DNA of 64,000 nucleotides, from NCBI GenBank assembly GCA_049322755.1, contig JBMOQX010000072.1, positions 14,662 to 78,661 of the forward strand. The letters are read 5' to 3'. The DNA is from Pseudomonadota bacterium. GTDB lineage: Bacteria > Pseudomonadota > Gammaproteobacteria > Burkholderiales > UBA6910. The translations under genes were made by a program, and so were the position numbers. The notes below the pieces were generated by a model. That model saw only the letters and a program-made list of their open reading frames with translations, ran no database searches and was not told the origin of the DNA. Each line of letters opens with the position of its first letter. Position 1 is the stretch's first letter. This document shows, one piece after another, positions 63,364 to 64,000 of this stretch.

Positions 63364-64000
63364 GGCTCGTCCTCCCGCTCCGCGGCGGCGGCGTCCCGCC
63401 CCGGCGGCACGAACCGCATGAGCTTCTCCAGCACCGGCAGCTGCAGCCGCGCCTGGGCCTGGAAGCGGCCGGCGTAGGCGTCGGCCTCCTGGTGCAGCTC
63501 GTAACAGTTGGATCCGCTCACGTCCATCAGCACCGCGGGCAGCTCCGCCCGGGCGAACGCAGCGTGGCGCTTGAGAAAAAAGTGGCTGCAGCACATGCCG
63601 ACGTAGGCGCGGCCCTCGCGCCGAAGCCGCTCCAGCGTCTCCACCAGGTGCTCGTAGCGGGTCACGGTGATCACCTGCATGCCGCGCTCCCGCGCCAGCC
63701 GGTACGCCTCGCTCACCTCGCAGCGGCCGCACTCGGGGCAGCCGTCGCGGTGGCGCCACTTGCACCACGCCGGCTTGGCGCAGTAGGGCACCAGCATGGC
63801 GGTGGCCTGGGCCAGCGTGGCCTGGGCGCCGGCGCCGCCGGGGCCGTGCAGCATCACCGCGTCGGCCTCGGCCTGGGTCAGTCCCGCGCTTTCCTGGAGC
63901 CGCCGCTTGTCGGCCACCTGGGCCAGTGCCTCGGCCAAATCCTCGGGTCCGATCGCCACCGCATCGCCGCCGGCGGCGGCGAAGGCCGCCTCGAGGCGCG
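63360..64000 (-). CDS. Cys-rich DUF116-like protein, 5' end probably outside window
   Basis: YCAKPAWCKWRHRDGCPECGRCEV...YVGMCCSHFF pattern, recalled as DUF116. The reading frame is still open at the window end. Confidence 0.55.
   Translation of the reverse strand, partial: RLEAAFAAAGGDAVAIGPEDLAEALAQVADKRRLQESAGLTQAEADAVMLHGPGGAGAQATLAQATAMLVPYCAKPAWCKWRHRDGCPECGRCEVSEAYRLARERGMQVITVTRYEHLVETLERLRREGRAYVGMCCSHFFLKRHAAFARAELPAVLMDVSGSNCYELHQEADAYAGRFQAQARLQLPVLEKLMRFVPPGRDAAAAEREDEP

Overview
High-GC (roughly 65-70% by eye) proteobacterial chromosome segment, probably from a facultative denitrifier. The taxon cannot be fixed from the sequence alone. All similarity calls below are recalled motifs and by-eye alignments; no searches were run.

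Layout:
(1) 1-4049: core genes rarA' (3' end), serS and mltF, a hypothetical gene, then a tandem tRNA-Ser(CGA) locus. The upstream tRNA copy is interrupted in its T-loop by a ~103-nt structured insert.
(2) ~4050-26700: a composite accessory region abutting the tRNA 3' end, in three parts.
- A ~9-kb phage-satellite-like module with tightly coupled minus-strand genes: P4-type tyrosine integrase, AlpA, replication initiator, DnaC-like loader, J-domain protein. It has no capsid or tail genes.
- A decayed mobilisable-element remnant: large serine recombinase translationally coupled to a TumE/TumA-like TA pair, an S41 peptidase, and an orphan DUF3363-type relaxase.
- A lower-GC metabolic cargo: LysR, two NTF2/SnoaL-like proteins, a PQQ sugar dehydrogenase, a Tat-signal SDR, a second SDR, AraC, and an AraC fragment.
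(3) 26.8-64 kb: core anaerobic-respiration neighbourhood.
- mltB and a Fur-box-flanked fbpC/fbpB/fbpA iron transporter.
- An NAD-reducing [NiFe] hydrogenase operon hoxFUYHW behind a perfect FNR/Dnr box.
- An orphan mini-secretin, yjdF and a TPMT-like methyltransferase.
- narXL, with a duplicated junction colonised by REP-like hairpins.
- Three tandem narK paralogues and narGHJI.
- A six-gene tail coupled to narI: mini-NnrS, GcvH-like, Trx::mini-NnrS, PPIase-less chaperone, beta-carbonic anhydrase, NnrS.
- Hemerythrin, then a leaderless FNR-box-driven nitronate monooxygenase.
- dnr, preceded by radical-SAM activase, SCP2 and DUF116 genes.

The most interesting candidates are the nar-operon tail, the T-loop-interrupted tRNA-Ser, and the identical Dnr/FNR boxes that link hydrogenase and NMO to the local dnr gene. 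No CRISPR array, rRNA or IS transposase was seen.
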